64,000 nt of DNA from assembly GCA_965203315.1 (NCBI GenBank), contig OZ241857.1, positions 1,728,001 through 1,792,000 on the forward strand. The letters run 5' to 3'. Shown here one piece after another: positions 29,971-41,005 of the stretch. The position numbers and the translations under genes were made by a program. The first letter of the stretch is position 1. Every line of letters starts with the position of its first letter. Origin of the DNA: Nitrosopumilus sp. Lineage in GTDB: Archaea; Thermoproteota; Nitrososphaeria; Nitrososphaerales; Nitrosopumilaceae. The notes beneath the pieces were generated by a model that had not been told where the DNA came from, searched no databases, and worked only from the letters and a program-made list of their open reading frames with translations.

Positions 29971-30930
29971 CTAATAACCGACAGAATAGATCGGTTTCTT
30001 GCCTTGGATGCCGAGATCTAGATTATGTAATACGATCTCGGCCATCTTGACTCTAGTATCTATAGTTGAGCTACCTATGTGTGGCGTAAGTACTACGTTA
30101 TTCATCTTGGTTAGACTATTCGATCTTGTGGGTTCTCTCTCAAATACGTCTAAACCGGCTCCTGCAATTGTACCTTGTTCTAGTGCGGATACAAGATCAT
30201 GTTCGTCTACAACTCTACCTCTTGATGTGTTTATTAGATATGCACTGGGCTTCATCTCTTTGAATGATTGCATGTTAAAGATGCGATCCGTATCTGTTGT
30301 ATGAGGTACATGAACCGATATGATATCACTCTCTTTGAGTAACTTTGGGAATGATACATATCTTACACCATATCGCTTCTCTTTACTTTGTTTTAGTCGG
30401 GTTCGGTTGTGGTATATTGTATTCATTCCAAACGCCTTTGCTCTAATGGCGAGAGCTGATCCGATCCTACCTAGTCCTAGTATTCCAAGCGTCTTTGATT
30501 GTAGATCTTGACCAAGAAATTCATCTGGTCCGTATATCCTCTTCCATGACCCATTTCGAATAACTCGATCTCCTTCTGTTATTCTTCGTAATAGATCAAG
30601 CATTATGCCAAAAGTTAGATCGGCAGTAGCTGCAGTCAGTACGTCTGGGGTATATCCTACACGAATTCTCTGCTCTATCGCACACTGTAAATCGATGTGA
30701 TCGAATCCTACACTAAATGTGCTGATCACTTTGAGACTCTTGGCAGCAGTAAGGATCTTGCGATCAATCATATCGTATGGAAAACAGATCAGTCCATCGG
30801 CATCACTTATAGATTTCATCATGCGTGATCTTGGCATTGGAATCTTGCCCGAGTGTACCTCTACATCGTATCGTCTTGTTAGGTGTTTTAGCGCAAAGTC
30901 GTGTATCGCTCTAGTCAACAAGACTTTCAT
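29971..30930 (-). CDS. D-2-hydroxyacid dehydrogenase (glyoxylate reductase-like)
   Basis: VGFDHID, GLGRIG, NTSRG, LDVFE.EP, PHIGS. Confidence 0.92.
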   Translation of the reverse strand: MKVLLTRAIHDFALKHLTRRYDVEVHSGKIPMPRSRMMKSISDADGLICFPYDMIDRKILTAAKSLKVISTFSVGFDHIDLQCAIEQRIRVGYTPDVLTAATADLTFGIMLDLLRRITEGDRVIRNGSWKRIYGPDEFLGQDLQSKTLGILGLGRIGSALAIRAKAFGMNTIYHNRTRLKQSKEKRYGVRYVSFPKLLKESDIISVHVPHTTDTDRIFNMQSFKEMKPSAYLINTSRGRVVDEHDLVSALEQGTIAGAGLDVFEREPTRSNSLTKMNNVVLTPHIGSSTIDTRVKMAEIVLHNLDLGIQGKKPIYSVGY

Positions 30931-30983
30931 CACATCTGAGATAATACTGAAACCATTTATAAGATCTCTTTTCAAAACAAATC

Positions 30984-31121
30984 ATGTCGCCAAAAGATGA
31001 CGAATTTGCAGTGTGTGTTGAATGTGGCAACTCTATCGAGAAATGTGTATGTGTCTGTCCCTATTGTGGAGAGCGTGATAAATGTGAATGTGCTCTATTT
31101 GATGCAGCAACTGGGGGATGA
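30984..31121 (+). CDS. 45-aa Cys-rich small protein (not in the ORF track)
   Basis: MSPKDDEFAVCVECGNSIEKCVCVCPYCGERDKCECALFDAATGG; 8 Cys; ends 3 nt before korA. Confidence 0.75.
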   Translation: MSPKDDEFAVCVECGNSIEKCVCVCPYCGERDKCECALFDAATGG

Positions 31122-31124
31122 GGC

Positions 31125-33029
31125 TTGAGTACAGACTTTACATGGTTGATCGGTGGACCTCAAGGTAGTGGCGTTGAGTCTGGAGCAAACATATTCTCCA
31201 AGGTATGCGCCGAGATGGGATATCACATCTTTGGCAAACGTGAGTTTTACTCAAACATCAAGGGTGAACACAGCTACTTTACAGTACGTATATCGGACTC
31301 GGAGATACATTCTAACGTCGATCCAGTAGATCTGATGGTCTCCTTTGATGCAGAGACGATCTTTCGACACTATGACGAGTTGGGTCAAGGTGGCGGTATC
31401 ATATATGACTCAGAACTAGATGATACCGATACAACTAGTGTAAATACACTAGATGATCCATTTCGGCAACGACTACATCAAACACTAGAGTCTGCAAACA
31501 AACCTTTTACAATATCCGGGGTCTTGGAGCTCGCAAAAGAACGAGGCGTACAACTCTTTCCTGTCTCGTTCAAAGAACTACTTGGTTCGTTTGCAGATGA
31601 AGTTAACAACCCAAAATTACGTGGCCTTGTACGAATGTACAATGTGATCGGCGTCTCTCTGTCACTCGGTTTAGTAAAGATGTCGACTGTATCTCTACTC
31701 GACTCGATAGAATCTATATTTGCTAAAAAACCAAAGATTGCTGAACTGAACAAACAAGTTGCTACATTTGCATACAATTACGCATCTACAAAATTTGAGT
31801 TTGATAAAAGACTGGCAGGAACAACAAAGCGTCCTAATACGATTCTAGTTCAAGGACATTATGGGACGTCTATAGGAAAGATGGTCTCTGGCTGTCGATT
31901 CCAATCATACTATCCAATAACACCTGCATCAGATGAGAGCGTCTATCTAGAATCAAACGAGATACTACATGTACGACACAATCGACCTGGCTCTACTGTT
32001 GTGATTCAAGCTGAAGACGAGATCTCGGCGATCGGAATGTTGATCGGTGCTGCATTGACCGGTACACGTTCATCCACATCTACATCAGGTCCTGGATTTG
32101 CATTGATGTCCGAAGCTCTGGGTTGGGCTGGTATAAACGAAGTTCCTATAGTGATAACACTCTACCAGCGTAGCGGTCCCTCGACAGGCCTGCCAACTCG
32201 ACATGGCCAAGACGATCTATTGTTTGCTGTATTTGCAGGGCATGGTGACTTTCCCAAACTCGTCTATGCATCTGGTGATATCGAAGAGAGCTTTTATGAT
32301 ACGGGACGTTGCTTCAACTATGCTGATGTATACCAAGTTCCTGTGGTTCACATGATGGACAAGTTTCTATCCAGCTCTGTCGTAACTTGCAATAGATTCG
32401 ATCCCACAAAGATTCCGATCAATCGCGGCAAACTACTTACAGAGATGTCTGGTCACTATGAGCGCTTTGCGTTTACTGATGACAATATCTCACCACGTTC
32501 GTATCTGGGACTAGATGATGGTATATTCTGGAATACTGGAGACGAGTCAGACGAGTACGGACACATCACAGAAGATCCTCAACTACGTATCAAAATGATG
32601 GACAAACGGATGTCTAGACTGGATCTGATGTTAAAAGATATTCCAAAGGATGAACAGCTAGTCTCATTTGGTGTATCAAAGTATACGATAATCTCGTGGG
32701 GTTCTACCAAGGGTCCCATACTCGACGCAATTGCCTTACTAAAGAAAGAAGGAATTGATGTAGGATTTATCCAGATAAAATTAATACATCCATTTCCTGC
32801 AGAGACTCTTGATCCGTTACTGCGTGCCGCTGATATTATAATTGATATAGAGGCCAACTATTCTGGCCAGTTAGGAAAGATCTTTATGCAGAATATACGT
32901 CGTGATATAGACTATTACATCTTAAAGTATACTGGTCGAGGAATGACCAGTACTGAGGTATATGACTCGTTAAAGAAGATCATACAGAACAAGGCCAAGA
33001 AGCGGGAGATTCTAACACATGGCGCTTAA
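31125..33029 (+). CDS. korA: 2-oxoacid:ferredoxin oxidoreductase alpha subunit (gamma-alpha fusion)
   Basis: [32 protein letters not shown]. Confidence 0.93.
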   Translation: MSTDFTWLIGGPQGSGVESGANIFSKVCAEMGYHIFGKREFYSNIKGEHSYFTVRISDSEIHSNVDPVDLMVSFDAETIFRHYDELGQGGGIIYDSELDDTDTTSVNTLDDPFRQRLHQTLESANKPFTISGVLELAKERGVQLFPVSFKELLGSFADEVNNPKLRGLVRMYNVIGVSLSLGLVKMSTVSLLDSIESIFAKKPKIAELNKQVATFAYNYASTKFEFDKRLAGTTKRPNTILVQGHYGTSIGKMVSGCRFQSYYPITPASDESVYLESNEILHVRHNRPGSTVVIQAEDEISAIGMLIGAALTGTRSSTSTSGPGFALMSEALGWAGINEVPIVITLYQRSGPSTGLPTRHGQDDLLFAVFAGHGDFPKLVYASGDIEESFYDTGRCFNYADVYQVPVVHMMDKFLSSSVVTCNRFDPTKIPINRGKLLTEMSGHYERFAFTDDNISPRSYLGLDDGIFWNTGDESDEYGHITEDPQLRIKMMDKRMSRLDLMLKDIPKDEQLVSFGVSKYTIISWGSTKGPILDAIALLKKEGIDVGFIQIKLIHPFPAETLDPLLRAADIIIDIEANYSGQLGKIFMQNIRRDIDYYILKYTGRGMTSTEVYDSLKKIIQNKAKKREILTHGA

Positions 33030-33981
33030 GCTTGCTGACTACAAGACTGGTGTGCACAACGACTGGTGTCCTGGGTGCGGAGACTTTGGGATCGTTAACG
33101 CAATTCAGATGGCGCTAGCTGAGATGAATATACAGCGAGATAAAGCTGCGATCTTTTCTGGAATTGGTTGCTCTGGCAAGACTTCGCACTATATCAACAC
33201 ATATGGGGTTCACACACTACACGGTCGAGTCTTGACGTTTGCTCAAGGTGCAAAACTCGCAAGCCCCGAACTAACAATAGTCGCTGTTGGCGGTGACGGA
33301 GATGGTCTAGGTATAGGAGCTGGTCACTTTGTTGCAGCTGGCAGGCGAAACGTCGACATGACGTATATCATATTTGATAACGGTGTGTATGGACTTACCA
33401 AGGGTCAGGCATCACCTACACTCAAACTCGGTGAAAAGACCAAGTCACTCCCATCCCCAAACACCAACTATAATGTAAATCCTATTGGGCTTGCAGTTGC
33501 TAGTGGTTTTACCTTTGTTGCTCGTGGTTACTCGTATGATGTGCGCCATCTCAAGGACTTGATAGTCGCAGCTGTTAAACACAAAGGACTCTCGTTTCTT
33601 GACGTCTTACAACCCTGTCCTACATACAACGATATCAACACACGAGATTGGTATGCAGGATCTGACATGGCAGATGAATCTATCAAACGTCACTCTCGTA
33701 TATACAAACTAGAAGACTCTCATTATCGTCCAACAGTTAGATATGGTGATGAAGCAGAAGTAAATGAGAAACTCTCTCAAGCCTTGATAAAGTCACTGGA
33801 ATGGGATACAAAGATACCCACTGGTATCTTTTACCAAAATGAACACATATCGTCATATGCTTCAAGAATACAGACAAAGATACACAACTATCTAGAGAAC
33901 CCACCAAACAAGCAAGTTATAGACGAGGATGGACTTCCTACTACAGACGTATCTGCTATCCTCGACTCACTTGGCGTATGA
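33019..33981 (+). CDS. korB: 2-oxoacid:ferredoxin oxidoreductase beta subunit
   Basis: WCPGCG, GIGCS, HGR, GDGD TPP motif, YGLTKGQ. Confidence 0.94.
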   Translation: MALKLADYKTGVHNDWCPGCGDFGIVNAIQMALAEMNIQRDKAAIFSGIGCSGKTSHYINTYGVHTLHGRVLTFAQGAKLASPELTIVAVGGDGDGLGIGAGHFVAAGRRNVDMTYIIFDNGVYGLTKGQASPTLKLGEKTKSLPSPNTNYNVNPIGLAVASGFTFVARGYSYDVRHLKDLIVAAVKHKGLSFLDVLQPCPTYNDINTRDWYAGSDMADESIKRHSRIYKLEDSHYRPTVRYGDEAEVNEKLSQALIKSLEWDTKIPTGIFYQNEHISSYASRIQTKIHNYLENPPNKQVIDEDGLPTTDVSAILDSLGV

Positions 33982-34001
33982 TGCGCCGTGTTGCATGATA
34001 C

Positions 34002-35718
34002 GTAAGCGGTTAGGCTGACAACGATTCTTGCTGTGTGTTGAGCATTTAGGATATTGATGGATTATTTACATGACATACGAACTTACTATCTAGTACGTCT
34101 CTTCAGCAGCCTTTGCCGTGAGAATTCTCAACAATTCGTCTCTAATGCTCAGCCCACGTTTACGACATGTAAAGAAGAACGTAAACAAGATAGACCACGC
34201 ATCCATGCCGCGCTGCGATGTAAAGTGCAGCGAAATGTTGCGATGTATTGCAATTGGCCGCATGTACAGTTCTGTCTCGTTGTTCGTGGGATCCATTCCA
34301 GGATGGTTCACGAATGTAAAGAGATTGGGAGCAGCATTACGCAGCGTCGTCGCAAATTTCTTGTTGCCGAGCTTTTCGTGCTGATCTACAACATCTAATA
34401 CCTGTGCTATTAAATCAGACACATCTCCCGGTGGTCGTCCCTTGGCTATGTGAAATATCTTTTGTAGTCTTTCGTGCAATATTGTAGTTTCATGGCAATA
34501 TAGGGCAGTCTTCATTGCATGTTTTGAATCGATCAATATGTGTGACCAACATCTCTGCGTGTCATCATCCGTCTCGTAACCGCAATATCCATCAACAGTC
34601 TTGCATTTGTTTTTAAACGGTTTGAAATATTCATCTAAAACCCTCGATCCTCGTGTATCTGTTACACGAACGAGAACTGCATCATCTGTGACACATGTCC
34701 ACACATATCCACGTTTGCCTGGTACTTTATGTGGCGTTTCGTCAAATTTGACATTTTCAGAACTTTCAGCTGCTTTCCAGATGCCTGAAACATCGTCTTC
34801 TATTGCGTTAACGAGTGCAAATGTAGCGTTGTTTATGGTTGCTTTAGATGGACGGTAATCAAAAAACTCTAATTGTTTTTGAATCATTCCTTGTGACATG
34901 TTGTTGAATAGTGAAATTCCATGATGGACTAGCATGTTTATGCTCATCTCTGTACCCTTGATCTTGGGAATCTTTTTACTAGTATCCCACTCGTATCCGC
35001 AACCATTACACGTATGTTTATATCCAACATGCGTATTTATCTCGGTTTTTGGCAGAGGTACATCACGAATCCTACACTGATATGATTTGTTGTACGTGAT
35101 ATCTATGCCATGGCAGCCTGGACACGCTGAATCTATGTACGGGACAGTACCTGCTGATTTGTCCGTCTGCGATACTCCTACGTGATTCTCTTTTTGGCCT
35201 ACTTTATTGTAATCCTTTGGATCTATATACGCTGCTATTCTTTCTTGCATTGTAGGTATGCTGTTCTTGGATGATGGATTAAACGGACTCTCATAGTATG
35301 GCATCTTTTGTTGTAACTCTTGATTCTCTTTTGCGTGTGTACATGTCTCTGGTTCACATTGATCTGAATGACCACCTAGTTGTTGTTCAAGTTTACGTTC
35401 CAGTTCTGCAGTTCGCAGTTCTCCTCGTAATATGACGCCTCCCTGCCATTCAATCATATCTAGTGCAATGCGAATTATCTCGTCTTTGTCATCGAGTTGT
35501 GTATGCAACATTGCGATCTCCTCTCGAAGTATCTTCATCTCTGATTGAGGCATGACATTCATAGTTATGTACTAGTATTTACACAGATCAAAAAATAAAG
35601 TTGACACAATGGTAAGCCAAACTAAACACTAATTTTTTCTAATCATGCAGATCGACATGAATTGCATACGTTATCTTGCTCAAAACACCACAAGATCGTT
35701 GTCAGCCTAACCGCTTAC
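34002..35718 (-). mobile_element. IS66-family insertion sequence (single-ORF, ISBst12-like organisation), 1717 bp
   Basis: TIR GTAAGCGGTTAGGCTGACAACGAT / ATCGTTGTCAGCCTAACCGCTTAC; 8-bp TSD CATGATAC at 33994-34001 and 35719-35726. Confidence 0.95.
34090..35562 (-). CDS. IS66-family DDE transposase
   Basis: Coiled coil, CPGC...CNGC zinc ribbon, FDET, VDGY, QRCWSH, PTNNETE. Confidence 0.93.
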   Translation of the reverse strand: MNVMPQSEMKILREEIAMLHTQLDDKDEIIRIALDMIEWQGGVILRGELRTAELERKLEQQLGGHSDQCEPETCTHAKENQELQQKMPYYESPFNPSSKNSIPTMQERIAAYIDPKDYNKVGQKENHVGVSQTDKSAGTVPYIDSACPGCHGIDITYNKSYQCRIRDVPLPKTEINTHVGYKHTCNGCGYEWDTSKKIPKIKGTEMSINMLVHHGISLFNNMSQGMIQKQLEFFDYRPSKATINNATFALVNAIEDDVSGIWKAAESSENVKFDETPHKVPGKRGYVWTCVTDDAVLVRVTDTRGSRVLDEYFKPFKNKCKTVDGYCGYETDDDTQRCWSHILIDSKHAMKTALYCHETTILHERLQKIFHIAKGRPPGDVSDLIAQVLDVVDQHEKLGNKKFATTLRNAAPNLFTFVNHPGMDPTNNETELYMRPIAIHRNISLHFTSQRGMDAWSILFTFFFTCRKRGLSIRDELLRILTAKAAEETY

Positions 35719-35766
35719 CATGATACTAACCAACAAGTTATAGACTAGTTTGTAGATATACTACTG

Positions 35767-36198
35767 TTGAATATCACTCAGGCAAATACGATATTTAGAC
35801 AATCGATAATTCGTGGATTCTTTGAACCAGAACTCTTAAAGTTAGATTTTGCAAAGTCACATGTGCGTCACCCTTTAATTAATAGTGATGGCCTTATGAG
35901 GTCTCCTCTACTACACATCTTCTTTGATGTCGAGACAGGTTCAGATTATCCTGACGGTGACGAATGGTTTATAATTGATCTACTCTTTCCATATATGGTT
36001 CAGCTACCAGACTCGCTCAAGGGGACTGATTTTTTTACTACCATACATAATAATGAAGAGACGTTCTGGCATCACCGTGAGCTTGTACGCTACAAGTATG
36101 GTAAGTCAAAAAAGCTTGATGACTCGTTAGAGTTTATCGAGTCCAAGTATTCTCTGTTGTACAAACTGATCGAGCCGTTGGGTAAAGATCTCATGTAA
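35767..36198 (+). CDS. Hypothetical protein
   Basis: 143-aa ORF in normal gene spacing. Confidence 0.7.
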   Translation: MNITQANTIFRQSIIRGFFEPELLKLDFAKSHVRHPLINSDGLMRSPLLHIFFDVETGSDYPDGDEWFIIDLLFPYMVQLPDSLKGTDFFTTIHNNEETFWHHRELVRYKYGKSKKLDDSLEFIESKYSLLYKLIEPLGKDLM

Positions 36199-36724
36199 CT
36201 GTATGCCACGAGTCTCCGCGAAACATGTACTGTGCTGTACTCGACGTTGCTACTCCTAAACGCCATCGCGCCGAACTAGTATCGAATTTGTATGTTATCT
36301 CTGTTATGTCTGATGGAATCTTTTCTGGATCGAGGTGATATGGCAACAACTCTAAGACAAAGTCTATCTTTTCTATAGCGTTATCGAACCACTGCTTGTC
36401 TTGACTATCTATTGTGAAGACAATAGTTGGATTCCCTGTAAAACTGATCCTGATCTTTATCGCATTGCTATTTCCTCTACGTCTCTTCATCTCCTTTAGA
36501 ACTGCTTTTACCTTCTCCCATCTCTTAAAGTCGAACCATTGGAAAAACTCTTCATTAAATGCTAACGGGACGTACATGTTGAGTGAGCTTACATAGTTTG
36601 GATCGTCAGCTTGAATCTCTTCTTGAACTATCTTGAAATGTGAGTTTAGAAACCCATACAAGACTTCGATCTCCCATGGTGAGATGCCATAGTATTGAAG
36701 TGTTGTGACTAGTGGCTCTGACAT
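36191..36724 (-). CDS. Hypothetical protein
   Basis: 177-aa ORF with a TATA-like element upstream. Confidence 0.75.
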   Translation of the reverse strand: MSEPLVTTLQYYGISPWEIEVLYGFLNSHFKIVQEEIQADDPNYVSSLNMYVPLAFNEEFFQWFDFKRWEKVKAVLKEMKRRRGNSNAIKIRISFTGNPTIVFTIDSQDKQWFDNAIEKIDFVLELLPYHLDPEKIPSDITEITYKFDTSSARWRLGVATSSTAQYMFRGDSWHTVT

Positions 36725-37157
36725 GACTCTCTATCCAAGGATAACATATTAAATCTTAAATTAACTTGAGGCTGCGACAATGAATCTTCAAAAGATCTAC
36801 CATGTGACCTAAATCTACACAAGCGTTTCTGTTGTTCCTGTGTTGTCAACCAAAGTCAAACGAACTATGTGCCTGTCATTCATAATGTGTGATTTCTAAA
36901 GGATTTGTGAATATCGCTTTAACGTCCAGATCAACTTTTCAGATCCAATAGAATTAGATGTTAATATTTCTGAAAGACGATTTTTGTAAAGTGATTCAAA
37001 ACCGATATCTGGCTCGAGTCTCTAGAGGCATATCGCATCGTGTCTGTTACGTTACGATCTCAAACCGTGATCATCTGGTTCGTATAAATTCCAACTTTTG
37101 ATGACTTGGTCTTTTGGCATAAATTAAAATTATATTACTAGTTCACATACTATACAT

Positions 37158-37487
37158 ATGAAGAAAGAATTCGTGGTACGTAGTATTGACTCGGCGCCAG
37201 ATGGTGCACCATATGTAGTAGTCTCACTTTCCACACTCAAAGATATTCAAGAAGGTAATGACTCTGCGCCACCTATGGGATCTCAGATGCGAGGATTCAC
37301 CAACATTAATGATATGATGAAAGATATCAACAAGATGCTATCTGGAATGGGTGGATCAGGTATGATGGGAATGCAAGGACAAGTCACTCAACTCAAACTA
37401 GACATGTACGAGTACAAAAAGATGGGAATTGCAGTAGGTGACAAGGTATCTTTAGAGATGACAAAGGTAGAGTCGTTAGGCGTCTAG
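37158..37487 (+). CDS. Hypothetical protein (possibly arcadin-1-like)
   Basis: 109 aa, Met/Gly-rich middle, YKKMGIAVGDKV C-terminus. Confidence 0.65.
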   Translation: MKKEFVVRSIDSAPDGAPYVVVSLSTLKDIQEGNDSAPPMGSQMRGFTNINDMMKDINKMLSGMGGSGMMGMQGQVTQLKLDMYEYKKMGIAVGDKVSLEMTKVESLGV

Positions 37488-37488
37488 C

Positions 37489-38037
37489 CTATATTGTGTT
37501 GATGTACTTCCATCCATACAATGCGCCTATTGTTCCAATAACAAACAGCATTGGCTTCCATGCAAACACTGGTAGACTCGGTGTGGTCAACTTTACTTTA
37601 TAGTTGTCAACTATTCTATGAATGCTCTTTTTAATCTCACTGTGCCATATCTTGTACTCGATCTGATACTTTTTTAGAATCTCCTCTACTTCATATACTA
37701 CTGGTGTTCGCTGTGAGAAGAGATGTTGTAGATAGTCACGTGATACCTCTACTTCGGCATGGATACCGATCAGGCCACGTTTGAGATCAACCATTCTTAT
37801 GTGCATCTCCCACGGCTTTCGCAGTTTCAAGTTTATGCCACTACCAATTTGATCTGGTTGCTTGTGCTCAAACTTTACTTTTGTGAATCCTTCCTTGACA
37901 AAGATCTTCATAAGATCATCGAAACTCTTCTTTACGACAACATGTAGCTGTTCTACTCCGTCTTTGTCTATATCGATCTTATGTGGTCGACCATCTAGAA
38001 ACGAGATAGTCTTGGGATACGTAGTCTGATACTCCAT
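37489..38037 (-). CDS. Hypothetical protein with a C-terminal TM helix
   Basis: PWEMHIR...AEVEVSRDYLQHL; hydrophobic C-terminus. Confidence 0.75.
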   Translation of the reverse strand: MEYQTTYPKTISFLDGRPHKIDIDKDGVEQLHVVVKKSFDDLMKIFVKEGFTKVKFEHKQPDQIGSGINLKLRKPWEMHIRMVDLKRGLIGIHAEVEVSRDYLQHLFSQRTPVVYEVEEILKKYQIEYKIWHSEIKKSIHRIVDNYKVKLTTPSLPVFAWKPMLFVIGTIGALYGWKYINTI

Positions 38038-38310
38038 GTGATAACGACTCGACGGCCTCTATTTAAAATACTACCAATTACAATTTGCAATCTGCTGACC
38101 TATCGACAATTTTTGAGCAAACCCCACTGCATCATCTGTATGTCTATCTAGATAATGTCCGTCACAGCCCTTCTAGATAACAAACGATCTTTTATACTGT
38201 GCAATGTAACATCAGAGACAAGCGTTTATTAGACCTAAAAGACGCCATCTCAAATATCGAAATAATGACGGTGGGCGATGAGCTTTCTCGTCATTGCTCA
38301 AGAGAAAGAA

Positions 38311-39609
38311 ATGACAAAATTTAAACAACTCGGACTAGGTGATGCAATCCTAAAGGGAATAGATGACTTGGGATTTACAGATGCGTTTCCAATTCAGGAA
38401 GCAGTAATCCCAGTCTTACTCACAGGACGCGATGTGGTGGGACAGGCTCATACTGGATCGGGTAAGACAGCTGCATTCTCGTTATCGATGTTAGACAAGA
38501 TACGACCAAAGAATGGTATTCAAGGACTTGTAATGGTGCCTACAAGAGAACTCGCTATGCAGATCACAACTGAGATTAAAAAGTTTGCCAAGTATACTGA
38601 TATTCGCGTCGCTTCAGTTTATGGTGGTCAAGGGATGGGTACACAACTTGATGCATTAGAACGTGGTGTAGAGATCGTCGTTGCAACTCCTGGTAGACTC
38701 ATCGATCATCTAAAACGCGGTTCTATCGAACTACAAGATGTAACTCACATCGTTCTGGACGAAGCAGATACTATGTTGGATATGGGATTTATAGATGATA
38801 TTCAGTTTATTCTAGATCTAGCTCCAGAGGAGCGAATTATGTCGCTGTTCTCTGCTACGATGCCTATTGAGATTTTGAGACTCTCTGAAGAGTACCTGAA
38901 TAACCCAAAACAGTTTTTGCTTGACGCCGACGACCTAAGTGGCGAGGGCATCGATCAGTCGTATCTGGTAATCAAAGATCGAGACAAGATGAAATATTTG
39001 ATCGATTTTATAAAACAAACTAGTGGTCAATGTATAGTATTCTGTTCCACAAAGTATCGAACTCGTGATGTTGCCAAGTACCTACACAGAGCAAAGTTTG
39101 ACGCAGTTGCAATCGAGGGAGATATGTCGCAGCATCGTAGGGAACAATCTATGTCCAAGTTTCGTAGTGGCAAAGCTAAAATCCTCGTTGCGACAGATGT
39201 TGCGTCGCGAGGGATAGACGTTCCTAGAGTCAGCCTAGTAATCAACTATGATGTTCCCAATCAAGATCTAGCATATTTTCATCGCATAGGTAGAACTGCA
39301 CGTGCAGGAGCCAAAGGTCGAGCGATAACCTTTGTATCCTACTCGTCAGTAGGTGACTGGAATCTGATCAAACGACAGATCAAAGTTCCGATACAAGATC
39401 TCAATGAAGAGATGGGGATCAAGATATCGATCCCTGATCCACTAAAACGCGAAGTACCATCACGTCGATATGGTGGCAACACAAGTTCACGAGGTGGCCG
39501 TTCTAGTAAATATGGCCGACGAGATCACGACTCGAGAGACAATCGAGGTAAGCGATATGGTCGTGGTGGCAATAATCGAGGTCGATACAGAAATCGTAAC
39601 AGATGGTAG
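38311..39609 (+). CDS. DEAD-box RNA helicase
   Basis: Q motif, AHTGSGKT, PTRELA, DEAD, SAT, HRIGRTAR, RG-rich tail. Confidence 0.96.
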   Translation: MTKFKQLGLGDAILKGIDDLGFTDAFPIQEAVIPVLLTGRDVVGQAHTGSGKTAAFSLSMLDKIRPKNGIQGLVMVPTRELAMQITTEIKKFAKYTDIRVASVYGGQGMGTQLDALERGVEIVVATPGRLIDHLKRGSIELQDVTHIVLDEADTMLDMGFIDDIQFILDLAPEERIMSLFSATMPIEILRLSEEYLNNPKQFLLDADDLSGEGIDQSYLVIKDRDKMKYLIDFIKQTSGQCIVFCSTKYRTRDVAKYLHRAKFDAVAIEGDMSQHRREQSMSKFRSGKAKILVATDVASRGIDVPRVSLVINYDVPNQDLAYFHRIGRTARAGAKGRAITFVSYSSVGDWNLIKRQIKVPIQDLNEEMGIKISIPDPLKREVPSRRYGGNTSSRGGRSSKYGRRDHDSRDNRGKRYGRGGNNRGRYRNRNRW

Positions 39610-39767
39610 ACATTTTGATCTTCTATTGGAGATCATCTACATGGGGCCCTAACAGACAAGGCCATTAAATCCCTCATGACTTCCATCTAAGACAAGTGTT
39701 AGATGATACACACAAAGATTAGAAATTATCAAAAACAACAAATGGTACGAATACGCTTCATGTAATA

Positions 39768-39974
39768 ATGTACAAGACCTCTGAGGGATATGTAGCCCAA
39801 TGTACAAACAATCGTGGAATTATTGTAGGTGGAGATATCAAGGCAGAGGTCAAATCTGAATTAAAACAGTTTATCCATGGTTATGCACAAACATTCCCAG
39901 ATGAAAAACATAAATTTTTTAAAAATGACAAGATGGTAAAATTGAGCTTTGAAGATAAACTGGCACCACTTTAA
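39768..39974 (+). CDS. HicB-like antitoxin (possibly 5' truncated)
   Basis: YKTSEGYVAQC...GIIVGGD..AEV...L resembles the HicB N-terminal fold. Confidence 0.55.
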   Translation: MYKTSEGYVAQCTNNRGIIVGGDIKAEVKSELKQFIHGYAQTFPDEKHKFFKNDKMVKLSFEDKLAPL

Positions 39975-40155
39975 AAAAATACTCTTAACTCTTGGATATG
40001 TCGAACGCCCAGATGGTTTGCATGGAATAATATATTTTGAACATTCGACAATGGGTAGGATCGGGATTCAAAAAAGAAACTCGTATCAAACGTTTCAAAT
40101 ACAAAGATATCTTTGCGCGACGAGACCACCCAAGGCGTTTTTTGAACCAATCTAA
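39949..40155 (+). CDS. HicA-like toxin candidate
   Basis: WHHFKKILLTLGY...IYFEH...I helix-beta pattern; overlaps the HicB-like ORF. Confidence 0.45.
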   Translation: MKINWHHFKKILLTLGYVERPDGLHGIIYFEHSTMGRIGIQKRNSYQTFQIQRYLCATRPPKAFFEPI

Positions 40156-40181
40156 AAGAAATGCACGGATCATTGATTGTC

Positions 40182-40355
40182 GGTTTTGTTCAATTGTCTG
40201 GGTTGGCATCTTTTGCACAAAATTCTCGAAAAATTTTGCAAAATATGGAAACGGCCTCATACCATCTATCGTAAATTGTTGCTGTTTTGAGTCAGATATT
40301 GTGCGTTCTTTGAGATGACGTCATAACGATCTCCCCCCGTCAACTGAACAGAACC
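40182..40355. mobile_element. MITE family A copy (inverted relative to 4738-4911)
   Basis: Reverse complement aligns end to end with 4738-4911, including tttccatattttgcaaaatttttcgagaattttgtgca. Confidence 0.9.
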
Positions 40356-40608
40356 CTCTCACTGTAAAGATAAACTATCAAAACACAAGTATCGATCTAC
40401 ACTAATTGAGATCAGATCTAACACTACAGTCCAAAGTACAGAGTGATTTAGTCGATGACGCGTTCTAGTAAATACATCCTAGTGTTATAATTCATCAGCT
40501 ATCTGCATCTCTGATTTGTAGACTTGTATCTATGTGATGTACAACATCATGTCAGCATCAATCCGGTTCTAGATTTCTAAAAGTTAAAAAGCAAAGAACA
40601 ATCTATGT

Positions 40609-40863
40609 GTGGTGTTGACTCGCAAAGGATTCATTTTGTTAAACTGTGATTTGGGTGCCGAAGAGTGTGTAGTTGATGAGTTGAAAAAGATCTCAAATAT
40701 TGCTAACGCATATTTGACGTTTGGCGCATATGATGTAATCGCCAATGTCTGTGCAGACGATCAGATCAGCTTTGAGAGAACCATAGCAGAGATCCGTAAA
40801 CTATCTCAAGTTGTAAGTACTGTAACTCTCAATATAGTGGAATCTGGCATGAACAAATCATAG
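40609..40863 (+). CDS. Lrp/AsnC ligand-binding (RAM) domain protein
   Basis: GFILLNC..GAE...TFGAYDVI...IRKL..V..T.TL. Confidence 0.88.
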   Translation: MVLTRKGFILLNCDLGAEECVVDELKKISNIANAYLTFGAYDVIANVCADDQISFERTIAEIRKLSQVVSTVTLNIVESGMNKS

Positions 40864-41005
40864 TCTTAACTCGTGGTTTGTGATGTGCCGTGATCCACAT
40901 CTGGAGTCACATTGGTTACAACAATGAACACGTATGTAGCAGATGCAACAAGGACATTGTAATTAGGAGGTACTCTATTATTAGTAACCAGTCATTATTT
41001 TTACT

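Noticed and set aside
36770-37100. Possible further repeat family (gcgacaa..tcttcaaaaga shared with about 17979-18000)
   Set aside because: Similarity is too short and degenerate to define boundaries by eye.
39985-40318. ORFs 39985-40260 and 40037-40318 (also 4851-5039, 26109-26366, 27407-27643)
   Set aside because: They read through MITE sequence or overlap a tRNA; not credible genes.
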